A stretch of DNA of 64,000 nt. Source: an uncultured delta proteobacterium. GTDB lineage: Bacteria > Desulfobacterota > Binatia > Binatales > Binataceae. Positions 20,795 through 29,853 of this stretch are shown here, piece by piece. Where the stretch lies: positions 192,001 through 256,000 of the forward strand of contig CAWCDG010000004.1 in assembly GCA_963794325.1 (NCBI GenBank), read 5' to 3'. Each line of letters begins with the position of its first letter. The first letter of the stretch is position 1. A model generated the notes under the pieces. That model had not been told where the DNA came from. It searched no databases and saw only the letters and a program-made list of their open reading frames with translations. Position numbers and translations under genes: made by a program.

Positions 20795-21409
20795 ATGGCC
20801 TGGATAAAGACTGTCGGCGAAGATCAGGCGGTCGGGCGGCTCGCGGAAATCTACCAGAAGTATCGCGGGCGCAACGGCATGGTGCCCAACATCATGCAGG
20901 CGTTCAGTCTCAAGCCTGAGCTGGTCGGCGCGGTGGCGCACACTTTCCAGGTCGCGACGTTCGGCGGATCGAAGCTGACGCGGGTGCAGGAAGAGATGAT
21001 CGCGACGGTCGTCTCGTCGATCAACCGCTGCCACTACTGAACCAACGCGCACGCGGAGGTTCTCCGCGTCCATAGTAACGGCGATAACGACTTGGTTGCG
21101 CACGTCAAGCACGACTGGCGCACGGCTCCGCTGTCGGAGGCGGACAAAGCGATGCTCGCCTACGCGGAAAAGATCACGATGAATCCGTCGTCGATGACGC
21201 TGGACGACCTGAACTGCCTGCGCGCGCATTTCAGCGAAGAGCAGACGCTGGATATCGTGGTGATCGCGAGCCTGTTCAACTTTATCGATCGAATCGCGGA
21301 CGGTCTCGGCGTCGAGCTCGATTCGGTGCTGAAGGAGATGGCGGCGAGGTCGCCGGATGGCGAGGCGCTGACGGAGGTTGCTGCATCGATGCGGGGGAAG
21401 AAGAAGTAG
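20795..21409 (+). CDS. AhpD/CMD-like peroxidase, probable selenoprotein (Sec at codon 82)
   Basis: MAWIKTV..EMIATVVSSINRCHY-TGA-TNAH reads through in frame into DWRTAPLS..AYAEKIT..FNFIDRIADGLG; CxxUxxxH matches the AhpD CxxCxxxH motif; hairpin follows the TGA. Confidence 0.88.
21041..21069 (+). promoter_or_regulatory. Bacterial SECIS-like element
   Basis: 10 nt after TGA 21038-21040: perfect stem ACGCGGAG / loop GTT / CTCCGCGT, with G first in the loop. Confidence 0.78.
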
Positions 21410-21601
21410 GAAGGCTGCTCATCATCCTGACGAAGCGAGGAGACGAGCCTCATGTGTCATCCTGACAGAGCGAGCACCGCGAGCGGCAGGAAATGGCTGC
21501 TGGCCTCCGGACAGCTTCGCGCAAGCGAAGCCGGTTCCGGTTTCTGAGATCGCGCAGCGCCCCTTGTTTATGACGGCGCGGACGTCGCGAACAATGCAAG
21601 C

Positions 21602-21642
21602 AACCTAACCCCTAACCCCTTCCCGAGCGGGAAGGGGAACCG
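21602..21642 (+). repeat. CCTAACC-type REP unit
   Basis: Identical to 19761-19801. Confidence 0.9.
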
Positions 21643-21662
21643 AAAAAAATTGAAAGGGGAAT

Positions 21663-22256
21663 TTACCAGAAGCGGATGCGGCCGGTATCTACGTGGACGA
21701 AGTCGCTCTTGGGATAGTAGCCGACGCCGCCGGAACGTTGCGCTAGCGCGGCGCCGCGGAGCTGTTCGAGGCTTCGTCCTTTCAGCGTGATGTCGATAGC
21801 CTTGCCCTCGAGGTGGAGACTGTGGACCGCGACGCCTTCGCTGTTCGCATGGAGCATCGCATTGGTCACGGGCGAGCGGTATCCGGAAATCACCTGGAAC
21901 GGCTCGTTGACGCCTAGCCGGTGCTGGATGCGGGTCAGCAAATCGAGCAGCGCGGGATCGATCGGTTTTACTTCGTTGGCGCGGAAGTCGCGCAGGATGT
22001 AGTTGACCCGATCGAGTTCGCCGGGAATGTAGCGGCCATTCTCCCAGTACGTCGTGGTCAGGCTTTCGCCGGTATGCAGAGCGTAGAACTTGAGCGAGCG
22101 GCGTCGAAGCTGGACTGTCGTGCGGGCCATCGCGATCGCGGGCACAACCAGTTGTGCCGCGGCAATCGCGCTAATGCGGAGGAACCGCCGCCGCGATAAG
22201 TCCGCGGGACGCGTGGATTGCGACTGTGACTGCTCCCTCAACTTTCGTCGCCGCAA
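21663..22256 (-). CDS. YcbK/MepK-like M15 peptidoglycan endopeptidase, Tat-exported (start uncertain)
   Basis: SRRRFLR Tat motif; HTGE, LRDFR, SGYRSP, SLHLEGKAID, GGVGYYP..FVHVDTG. Confidence 0.92.
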   Translation of the reverse strand: MRRRKLREQSQSQSTRPADLSRRRFLRISAIAAAQLVVPAIAMARTTVQLRRRSLKFYALHTGESLTTTYWENGRYIPGELDRVNYILRDFRANEVKPIDPALLDLLTRIQHRLGVNEPFQVISGYRSPVTNAMLHANSEGVAVHSLHLEGKAIDITLKGRSLEQLRGAALAQRSGGVGYYPKSDFVHVDTGRIRFW

Positions 22257-23199
22257 TATTGCTTGCTGGCGTTCCCCCTGCGCGCTCGGTCATGGCCGTC
22301 ACGTCGCGCGCGATGCCTTCCTGAGCGTCTAAAACTTCTCCGGCCCGAGGCCAGTTGATCAGAGTATCAATCCCACCGGTCCGCGCAAGAGCCCTTACCG
22401 CGTCGATGCCGCCGGTACCTTTCCGGTAAATGTCCTTGTCGCTCTCGAGAAAGACGTGGCCATCGTCGAGTTTCGCCAGCATCACAGGGTAATAGGCGAT
22501 TATGCCGGGGTCATTCAGATCGACATCATCGAACAGCGCCTCGATGTCGTCGGGATGCAGCCGCACGCATCCGTGGGTTCGGTAGCTGTACACACTCCAG
22601 GGGTGATTGGTTCCGTGAATCCCGATAATCGGGAAGCTCAGCCCGATCCAGAATTTGCCGAGCGGATTGTCGGGACCGGGTTCGATTTCGTCGACGACAT
22701 CCTTGCCCGCTTCTTCTTCCTCGCGCTGAATCGACGCGGGCACACGCCAGGTCGGATCCTCGCGCATCTGGATCACACTGAAGGGACCGGTGGGTGTCTG
22801 CCACTGTCGGGACGGTTGTCCAATCGCGACCGGATACGCACCGACGAGCCGGCCGTCCTCGAAATGAAACAGCATCCGCTGGGGCAGGTTGACCTCGATC
22901 AAGTCGGCGCCCTCGATTGGAACGATATGGCGATTATCGACGTGAATCGTTTCGCCTGGAGTCAGCCGGTCGTTAACCTGTTTGCCATTCTCGGCGGCCA
23001 GAACTTTCGGACTCTCGCCAAATCGCGAGCCGATCCTCGTAATAGTGGTGTCCCAGGCGATGAAATCGAATTGGCCGCCTGCGATCCGATGCGAAATCGG
23101 CGGGAGCGACGCGATCGGATCGGCGGCGCTGGCGGCGGGTGCGACTGAGAGAAATACCAAAACAATCACGCTACTCAGTTTTGGAATCCAACTCGTCAC
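22171..23199 (-). CDS. L,D-transpeptidase (ErfK/YbiS/YcfS-like) with LysM-like N-terminus
   Basis: YPVAIG, TPTG, PGPDNPLG, IHGT..THGCVRL. Confidence 0.92.
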   Translation of the reverse strand: MTSWIPKLSSVIVLVFLSVAPAASAADPIASLPPISHRIAGGQFDFIAWDTTITRIGSRFGESPKVLAAENGKQVNDRLTPGETIHVDNRHIVPIEGADLIEVNLPQRMLFHFEDGRLVGAYPVAIGQPSRQWQTPTGPFSVIQMREDPTWRVPASIQREEEEAGKDVVDEIEPGPDNPLGKFWIGLSFPIIGIHGTNHPWSVYSYRTHGCVRLHPDDIEALFDDVDLNDPGIIAYYPVMLAKLDDGHVFLESDKDIYRKGTGGIDAVRALARTGGIDTLINWPRAGEVLDAQEGIARDVTAMTERAGGTPASNIAATKVEGAVTVAIHASRGLIAAAVPPH

Positions 23200-23301
23200 A
23201 CTTCAATTGTGACGAATTTTAGAAATCGGCACTAATCGGTTTCGTGCCGAAGCGGTCTTACCGGGACGCTAATGTCGGATATATGTTGCGAGCGACGATT
23301 T

Positions 23302-23377
23302 GTGGCACAGGCTTTAGCCTGTGATTCTTTCCTGGATTTGCATGGACCAGAAAATCACAGGCTGAAGCCTGTGCCAC
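23302..23377. repeat. Inverted REP doublet (REPIN-like), GTGG-tagged
   Basis: GTGGCACAGGCTTTAGCCTGTG ... CACAGGCTGAAGCCTGTGCCAC. Confidence 0.85.
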
Positions 23378-23381
23378 CACC

Positions 23382-24188
23382 CTACTTCCCGATTTTCTTG
23401 AGCGCCTGCTCGACGCCGGGCATCCGCTTGGGCAGCTCCTTGCCCTGCATCCTCTGCAGAATGCCGCCCATGCCGAGCACCATGTGATGCGAATGGGCGT
23501 TGCGAATCGAGGTGCTGAAGCCCATCGCGTCCTGCGCGGAATTGACCGCCCATTTGACCATCCGCAGCGTAAAGCGGTCGCTCTCGGCGATTCGATTCGC
23601 GAGCGCCATCGTTTCGGTTTCGAGATCGGCGCGTGGCACGACCAGGTTGACGAAGCCGAGGCGGGCGGCCTCGTCGGCATCGATGAAGCGGCTCTGGAAC
23701 AGAATTTCCTTGGCCTTGCGCGGCGGCATGTCCCACGGAATCGAAAAGTACTGCAAGAGCGAGGGCAGGAACTTGGCGTCGTCAGACGCGACGACCAGAT
23801 CCATCGCGGCCGCGAACATCCAGCCGCCGAAGATGCATAGCCCCTGGACTTGCGCGATCGTCGGCTTGTCGAGATCGCGCCATCGCAGCGTGTTGTCGAG
23901 GAACATCTCGCGCGAGCGGGCGTATTCACCGCGGACGCCCTTGGGAAACGGGCGGAGCTGCTGGTCCTCTTTTTCCTCGGGCGTGCCGAGGTCGTGACCT
24001 GAACAGAAATTCTCGCCGGCGCCGGAAAGAATGATCACGCGGACGTCGTCGTCGGCGTTGGCCTCGGCGAAGGCGGCGTCCATTTCCTCGAGCAGGCGGC
24101 GCGATTGCGCGTTCTTGTAGCGCGGCCGGTTGAGGATGACCTTGGCGATGCGGTCGTGCTTTTCGTAGAGAACTGGTTTTTCTTCCAT
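23382..24188 (-). CDS. Enoyl-CoA hydratase/isomerase family protein
   Basis: LNRPRYKNA, FCSGHDL, KPTIAQVQG, ADEAARLGFVN. Confidence 0.92.
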   Translation of the reverse strand: MEEKPVLYEKHDRIAKVILNRPRYKNAQSRRLLEEMDAAFAEANADDDVRVIILSGAGENFCSGHDLGTPEEKEDQQLRPFPKGVRGEYARSREMFLDNTLRWRDLDKPTIAQVQGLCIFGGWMFAAAMDLVVASDDAKFLPSLLQYFSIPWDMPPRKAKEILFQSRFIDADEAARLGFVNLVVPRADLETETMALANRIAESDRFTLRMVKWAVNSAQDAMGFSTSIRNAHSHHMVLGMGGILQRMQGKELPKRMPGVEQALKKIGK

Positions 24189-24228
24189 GGTGGTTGCGTC
24201 CTGACGGAGAGTGTCGAGATTGATTGCG

Positions 24229-24266
24229 ACCTGACCCCTAACCCATTCCCATAGTGGGAAGGGGGA
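24229..24266 (+). repeat. CCTAACC-type REP unit (variant)
   Basis: CCTGACCCCTAACCCATTCCCATAGTGGGAAGGGGG. Confidence 0.8.
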
Positions 24267-24366
24267 CAAAAGTAAAAGCGATTGTTGCTGCCGCACGGCG
24301 GGGGTTGCCTGACATTCGGCGGGTTGGGTACGGTCGGGATTATCCTGGCCAAGGCGGTGCGAAATC

Positions 24367-25758
24367 ATGGCGCTGTGGAAACCTGATCAAACCTTTTACC
24401 CGTCGGCGCGGATGGCGATGCAGGCGCCGCGCGAGCAGCTCGGCTACGTCGTCGCGTTCAATCCGACGCCGGCGAACAACAAGCATGACGCGCTGTGCGT
24501 GATCGACCTCGATCCGAAATCGACGACCTACTCGCAGGTCGTCGGCCGCGCCGCAGTGCCGAATGCCGGCGACGAGCTGCATCACTTTGGATGGAACGCG
24601 TGCAGCGCCGCGCTGTGCCCCTACGCGCCGCATCCCCATGTCGAGCGGCGCTATCTGCTGGTGCCGGGATTGCGATCGTCGCGGATCTATATTTTCGACA
24701 CGAAACCCGACCCGAGGAATCCGAAGCTGGTGAAGACGATCGAGGCCGACGAAATAGCGTCGCGCACGGGATACAGCCGGCCGCATACGATTCATTGCGG
24801 GCCCGATGCGATTTACGTCAGCGCGCTTGGCGATCCAAAGGGTGATGGGCCGGGCGGAATCTTCCTGCTCGATCATGAAAGCTTCGACGTGCTGGGGCGA
24901 TGGGAAGTCGATCGCGGGCCGCAGAAGCTTGCGTACGATTTCTGGTGGCATCTCGGCTGGGACGTGGCGATTACCAGCGAATGGGGCACGCCGAACATGA
25001 TCGAAAACGGCGTGGTGCCCGAGTTGCTGCTGGGAAATAAATACGGACACGCGATTCACATCTGGAATCTGCGCAACCGGCGCCATCTGAAGTCACTCGA
25101 CCTGGGCGCCGAGAATCAAATGGCGCTCGAGCTGCGTCCGTCGCACGACCCGACCAAGACGTTTGGTTTCGTCGGCGTCGTGATCTCGACCAAGGATTTG
25201 TCGGCGTCGATCTGGCTGTGGCATCGCGATGGCGGCGACTGGAAAGTTCGCAAGGTGATCGAAATTCCCGCCGAGCCCGCCGACGAAAGCCTGCTGCCGC
25301 CGGCGCTTAAGCCGTTCAAGGCAGTGCCGCCGTTGATTACCGACATCAACCTGAGTCTCGACGATAAATTTCTATACGTCGCGTGCTTCGGCACCGGCGA
25401 CCTGAAGCAATACGATGTGAGCGATCCGTTCAAACCGAAGGAGACGGGCAGCGTGCGGCTGGGCGGGATCGTGTCGCACGGGAAGCATCCGAAGAGCGGG
25501 CCGCTCAACGGCGGGTCGCAGATGATCGAGCTGAGCCGCGACGGGCGGCGCGCGTACATGTCGAACTCGCTGTACGGCGCGTGGGATGCGCAATTCTATC
25601 CCGAGGGCATCCGCGGCTGGATCGCGAAGATCGATTGTGCGCCGGCGGGCGGGATGACGATCGATCCTGATTTCTTCACGACCTTCGACGGCGAACGGCC
25701 GCATCAGATTCGCCTCGAAGGCGGCGACTCGTCGTCCGATTCGTTCTGCTATCCGTGA
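24367..25758 (+). CDS. Selenium-binding protein SBP56 family (methanethiol oxidase-like)
   Basis: TFYPS, GDELHHFGWNACS, PHTIHC, YDFWW, SEWG, ELRPSH, LSLDDKFLY, WDAQFYP, HQIRLEGGD..SD. Confidence 0.93.
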   Translation: MALWKPDQTFYPSARMAMQAPREQLGYVVAFNPTPANNKHDALCVIDLDPKSTTYSQVVGRAAVPNAGDELHHFGWNACSAALCPYAPHPHVERRYLLVPGLRSSRIYIFDTKPDPRNPKLVKTIEADEIASRTGYSRPHTIHCGPDAIYVSALGDPKGDGPGGIFLLDHESFDVLGRWEVDRGPQKLAYDFWWHLGWDVAITSEWGTPNMIENGVVPELLLGNKYGHAIHIWNLRNRRHLKSLDLGAENQMALELRPSHDPTKTFGFVGVVISTKDLSASIWLWHRDGGDWKVRKVIEIPAEPADESLLPPALKPFKAVPPLITDINLSLDDKFLYVACFGTGDLKQYDVSDPFKPKETGSVRLGGIVSHGKHPKSGPLNGGSQMIELSRDGRRAYMSNSLYGAWDAQFYPEGIRGWIAKIDCAPAGGMTIDPDFFTTFDGERPHQIRLEGGDSSSDSFCYP

Positions 25759-26390
25759 GCTCGGCGTGGCCGTGGATAGCGGTCGCGGCGCTCGGCGCAT
25801 ATCACGGAATCGATCCGTCGATGGGCTGGCTGTTCGCGGTCGCGCTCGGGCTCCAGGAGCGGCGGCGCTCGAAAGTGATTTGGGCGCTCGGTCCAATTGC
25901 TGTGGGACACCTGGTGTCGATTGCGGCGGTCGTCGCGATCATCGGCGGACTGCGCCTGTTCTTTGCGATCGATCTGCTTCGCCCGATCGGCGCCGCGGCG
26001 CTGATCCTGTTCGGGCTGTTCCGCTTCATCTGGCCGCGCGCGCATCCGCGATGGGTTGCGATGCGCGTGAATGCGCCCGAGCTGGCGCTGTGGTCCTTCC
26101 TGATGGCGTCGGCGCACGGCGCAGGCTTGATGCTGTTCCCGATACTGATCGGAATGACGCCGACTTCGCCGCATGCGCATCACATGGCCGCAACCCACGC
26201 GCACACCGTCGCGCAGGCGATAGCAGTAGTGCTGGTGCACACGGGCGCGATGATCGCAGTAACGGCGGCAATCGCGATTTTAGTCTATGAGTGGGTGGGC
26301 CTCGCGATCCTGCGCAGCGCGTGGATCAACCTCGACACAATCTGGGCCGGCGCGCTGGTAGCCGCGGGAGTCCTATCGCTGGCGATTTGA
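25755..26390 (+). CDS. His-containing membrane protein coupled to SBP56
   Basis: GAYHGIDPSMGWLFAVA, GH, WSFLMASAHGAG; about 6 TM segments; GTGA overlap. Confidence 0.82.
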   Translation: MSSAWPWIAVAALGAYHGIDPSMGWLFAVALGLQERRRSKVIWALGPIAVGHLVSIAAVVAIIGGLRLFFAIDLLRPIGAAALILFGLFRFIWPRAHPRWVAMRVNAPELALWSFLMASAHGAGLMLFPILIGMTPTSPHAHHMAATHAHTVAQAIAVVLVHTGAMIAVTAAIAILVYEWVGLAILRSAWINLDTIWAGALVAAGVLSLAI

Positions 26391-26443
26391 GGGCGCGCCA
26401 TGCCGCTTTTTTTGCGGGCGGCGGCGTGGCAGCATCGGGGGGT

Positions 26444-27124
26444 ATGAACGCGTTGCGGATTCTGCTGATCGAGGATGAGGCCCGGCTGGCTGATTCTATC
26501 AAGCAGGGACTGGTCGAGGACGGCTTTGCGGTCGAAATCGCCGGGAGTGCCGAGGCGGCGGAGCCGATAATCGCGCGCGGCGCGCTCGACTTGATCGTGC
26601 TCGACATCGGGCTGCCGGGGAAAAGCGGGCTCGACCTGCTGCGCGAGATGCGCGCGGCGGGCAATCAGACGCCGGTGTTGATTCTGACCGCGCGGGGGAC
26701 GCTCGAGGAGCGCGTCGCGGGTCTCGACAGCGGCAGCGACGATTACCTCGCCAAGCCGTTCGCGTTTGCCGAGCTGGTCGCGCGGATCAAGGCGCTGGCG
26801 CGGCGTCCGCGCACGCCGGCATCGCCGGTCATCAAAGTGGGTGACCTGGAATTCGACACCGTCAAGCGGCGCGCGAAAATCGGCGAGCACAATCTGAACC
26901 TGTCGCCAAAAGAAAAGATGCTGCTCGAGTTGCTGATGCGCAACGCCGGGCAAGTGGTGACGCGCGACATGATTGCGGAGACGGTCTGGGACTCGAACTA
27001 CAGCTCGCTGACCAACCTGATCGAAGTCTTCGTGAATCGGCTGCGGCAGAAGATCGATCCGCGCGCCGACCGATCGCTGATAGTCACCGTGCGCGGAGTC
27101 GGATACACGATGCGCGCGGAGTGA
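26444..27124 (+). CDS. OmpR-family response regulator (CusR/CzcR-like)
   Basis: RILLIEDE, LDIGLPG, LTAR, DDYLAKPF, RLRQKID, TVRGVGY. Confidence 0.95.
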   Translation: MNALRILLIEDEARLADSIKQGLVEDGFAVEIAGSAEAAEPIIARGALDLIVLDIGLPGKSGLDLLREMRAAGNQTPVLILTARGTLEERVAGLDSGSDDYLAKPFAFAELVARIKALARRPRTPASPVIKVGDLEFDTVKRRAKIGEHNLNLSPKEKMLLELLMRNAGQVVTRDMIAETVWDSNYSSLTNLIEVFVNRLRQKIDPRADRSLIVTVRGVGYTMRAE

Positions 27125-27146
27125 CCGCACCGCGCGATCGCCGCCC

Positions 27147-28523
27147 ATGACGATCAGACTCAGGCTAACGATTTACTGGGCCGCGGTGCTGGCGGCTATT
27201 CTGCTGGTCGCGGCGATCGCGGCGATAAAGCTGTTCGAGCGCCAGCAATACAGCGCGCTGGACGCGGCGCTGCTCGAGGAGGCCGAGAACACCGCCGATC
27301 AAATCGAGCGCGGCGGCACGGGGAGCGCGCCCGGAATCCTGCAGCGGCTGACCCTCGAAACCGATATCGGGCCAGGCCGGCGAGCGCGAATCGTCACGGC
27401 GCACGGCGAGGTCGGAAACTTCGGCGACGTACACACGACACCGCCGCCGTTCGATCCGAGCCTGCCCACCCATGCGGCAGTTGTCGGCAACCGCGAGTTC
27501 AGGTTCGCAGTAGTTCCTATGATGTACAACGGCGAGATCGCGTACCTGCAGAGCGGTGTACAGGCGGGCCTCGTCGAGGAATCGGCGAGCGGCCTGCGCA
27601 ACCTGCTGATCCTGATGGTGCCGATCGTGCTGATACTTTGCGTCGGCGGCGGATACTTGCTGGCGGGTCGCGCTTTGCGGCCGATTGAATCGGTGAGCGC
27701 GGAGCTCGAGGCAATCGGTCCGACGAATCTGAGCTCGCGGCTGACGGTCCCGCCGGTGGCCGATGAAGTCGCGCGGCTGACGGCGGAAATCAACTCGTTG
27801 CTCGAACGCCTCGAGCGTTCATCGGCGACCGAGCGCAGATTCGCGTCCGACGCGGCGCACGAACTGCGGACTCCGCTGGCGGTGCTGCGCACCGGGCTCG
27901 AAGTGGCGCTGGCGCGCGATCGCTCGGCCGAGGAGAATCGCGCGGCACTTGGCGCGGCGCATCGCGAGGCGCTGTCGCTGTGCAGGATTGCCGACGAGTT
28001 GCTGATGCTGTCGCGGCTCAATGGCGAGGTGATGGTCGATCGGCAGAAGCTGAATCTTCGGGCGCTGCTGAGCGAGATCGCGGCGACCGTCGGCCCGCTG
28101 GCGCATGCGCGGGAGATAAAGCTGACGGTGAATGCGCCCGAGGACGTGTTCGTCAACGGCAACACTGGGCATCTGCGGCGCCTGATCGTCAATCTGCTCG
28201 ACAACGCGCTGAAATTCACGCCGCCCGGAGGATCGATCGAGGTCGGCCTGAAAGCTGATGCGAATCGCGCGATACTGCGCGTCGCTGACACCGGTGAGGG
28301 AATCCATCCGGGGGAACTGCCGCATATTTTCGATCGATTTTTTCGCGGCGCGGGGTCGCCAGGCGAAGGCAGCGGACTGGGCCTGAGCCTATGCCGGGAA
28401 ATTGCGCGCGCTCACGGTGGCGAGATCGCAGCCGCGAATCTTCCGTCGGGCGGCAGCGCATTCGTCGTTACGCTTGCGCTCTACAAAGAGGATCCACACC
28501 GAGCGACTGTGCCACTCCGATAG
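27147..28523 (+). CDS. Sensor histidine kinase (HAMP, HisKA, HATPase)
   Basis: Two TMs; DAAHELRTPL; NLLDNALKF; DTGEGI; GSGLGLS. Confidence 0.95.
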   Translation: MTIRLRLTIYWAAVLAAILLVAAIAAIKLFERQQYSALDAALLEEAENTADQIERGGTGSAPGILQRLTLETDIGPGRRARIVTAHGEVGNFGDVHTTPPPFDPSLPTHAAVVGNREFRFAVVPMMYNGEIAYLQSGVQAGLVEESASGLRNLLILMVPIVLILCVGGGYLLAGRALRPIESVSAELEAIGPTNLSSRLTVPPVADEVARLTAEINSLLERLERSSATERRFASDAAHELRTPLAVLRTGLEVALARDRSAEENRAALGAAHREALSLCRIADELLMLSRLNGEVMVDRQKLNLRALLSEIAATVGPLAHAREIKLTVNAPEDVFVNGNTGHLRRLIVNLLDNALKFTPPGGSIEVGLKADANRAILRVADTGEGIHPGELPHIFDRFFRGAGSPGEGSGLGLSLCREIARAHGGEIAAANLPSGGSAFVVTLALYKEDPHRATVPLR

Positions 28524-28596
28524 CTGCCTCGCCCCTAAAATCACCTTAACTTCCATTAATTTGGCGAGTTGACGGGCCGCTGTTAGAATTTTCAGC

Positions 28597-29853
28597 ATGG
28601 AGCCATCTCGCCGCCACCTATCTGCGGCCGTGCTTAGCGCGATCCTGTGCTGGACGCCGATAGCATCCGCCGCGAGCATTACTCTGTCCGACGCGATCGA
28701 TCGCGCGCTGCATGTCGCGCCTTCGGTGGACGTTGCCGCGGCGGCGAGCGATATGACCGTCGCTCACGTGCGCGAGCAGCGCGCTCCACTGTTTCCAACC
28801 GTCGCGGCAGGCGGGGAGTACTACCAGGCGCCGGGCTATGACGAGGTCGTCACGAACCGCGGTCTTTCGGCCGGGATGCTGACGCTGGACTACACGGCGT
28901 GGGATTGGGGACGGCGGCAGGCACGCTTGCGCGCGGCAGAATACGTGAACGAAGCGTCGCGGCTCGGAGTGGCCGCCGCTCGTGCACAAATTGTTTTCGA
29001 TACGACGATCGCCTACTTCGATCTGCTTCGCGCGCGCGGAACGCAGCACGCATTGCAGGACAGCCTCGAGCGCATGACGCGCTACGTAACTACTATCCAG
29101 GCGCTCGAAAAAAGCGGACGCATGATCACGAATGACGTACTGAAGTTCCGCACCGCGCGCGACAGCGCCGAGCTGGCGCTCGACGTGGCTCAGAGTAACA
29201 GCGAACGCGCGGCGGCAACCTTGGGCATTTTGATCGGCGAGCCGAATCAGCAGGACCTCGACATCGCGAGCATCCCGGGAATTCCGCCGAAACCGACGGG
29301 GGACCTCGCGCAGAGTCCGGTGATGCAAGCGGCGCAGCGCGCGATCGCGTCGGCCGACTCGCAAATCGTCGCGGCGAAGGCCGAGCGCCTGCCCACTTTT
29401 CAAGTTGCGTTCACGACCGGATTCGTCGGAATCGATCCGCCCAAGACCATCTCGCACAATTTCGGCGGATCGTACGACGGTGTCGTGTCACTGCCGGTGT
29501 TCGACGGCGGACTGATCGCATCACATATCGATCAGGCCAAAGCGAAACAGCATTCGGCCACCGCGCAGGCGCGCGAGACCGAATATATTCTGAAACGGCG
29601 GGTGGCGGACGCGGCGCTTCGGTACGACGAAGCTAATCGGCAGCTCGGCATCCTGTCGCGCGCGCAGCCGACCGCGGACGACAACTTCAGGCTGACGTGG
29701 TCGCGCTTCCTTGGCGGAGGATCCGCCACAATACTCGAAGTGCTGGACTCTTATCAGCAGGCCGAGCAGTTGCGGCTCCAGCACTTCGACCAGGAATTCA
29801 ACGCGCGCGAAGCGGTGGCGGAAACCAGCTTGCTGTTCGGCCGCATCCAGTGA
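28597..29853 (+). CDS. TolC-family outer membrane efflux protein
   Basis: Signal peptide; LSDAIDRAL; AYFDLL; AKAERLP; SLPVFDGG. Confidence 0.9.
   Translation: MEPSRRHLSAAVLSAILCWTPIASAASITLSDAIDRALHVAPSVDVAAAASDMTVAHVREQRAPLFPTVAAGGEYYQAPGYDEVVTNRGLSAGMLTLDYTAWDWGRRQARLRAAEYVNEASRLGVAAARAQIVFDTTIAYFDLLRARGTQHALQDSLERMTRYVTTIQALEKSGRMITNDVLKFRTARDSAELALDVAQSNSERAAATLGILIGEPNQQDLDIASIPGIPPKPTGDLAQSPVMQAAQRAIASADSQIVAAKAERLPTFQVAFTTGFVGIDPPKTISHNFGGSYDGVVSLPVFDGGLIASHIDQAKAKQHSATAQARETEYILKRRVADAALRYDEANRQLGILSRAQPTADDNFRLTWSRFLGGGSATILEVLDSYQQAEQLRLQHFDQEFNAREAVAETSLLFGRIQ

Noticed and set aside
24367-25758. SBP56 as a second selenoprotein
   Set aside because: No in-frame TGA; this family binds selenium but does not encode Sec
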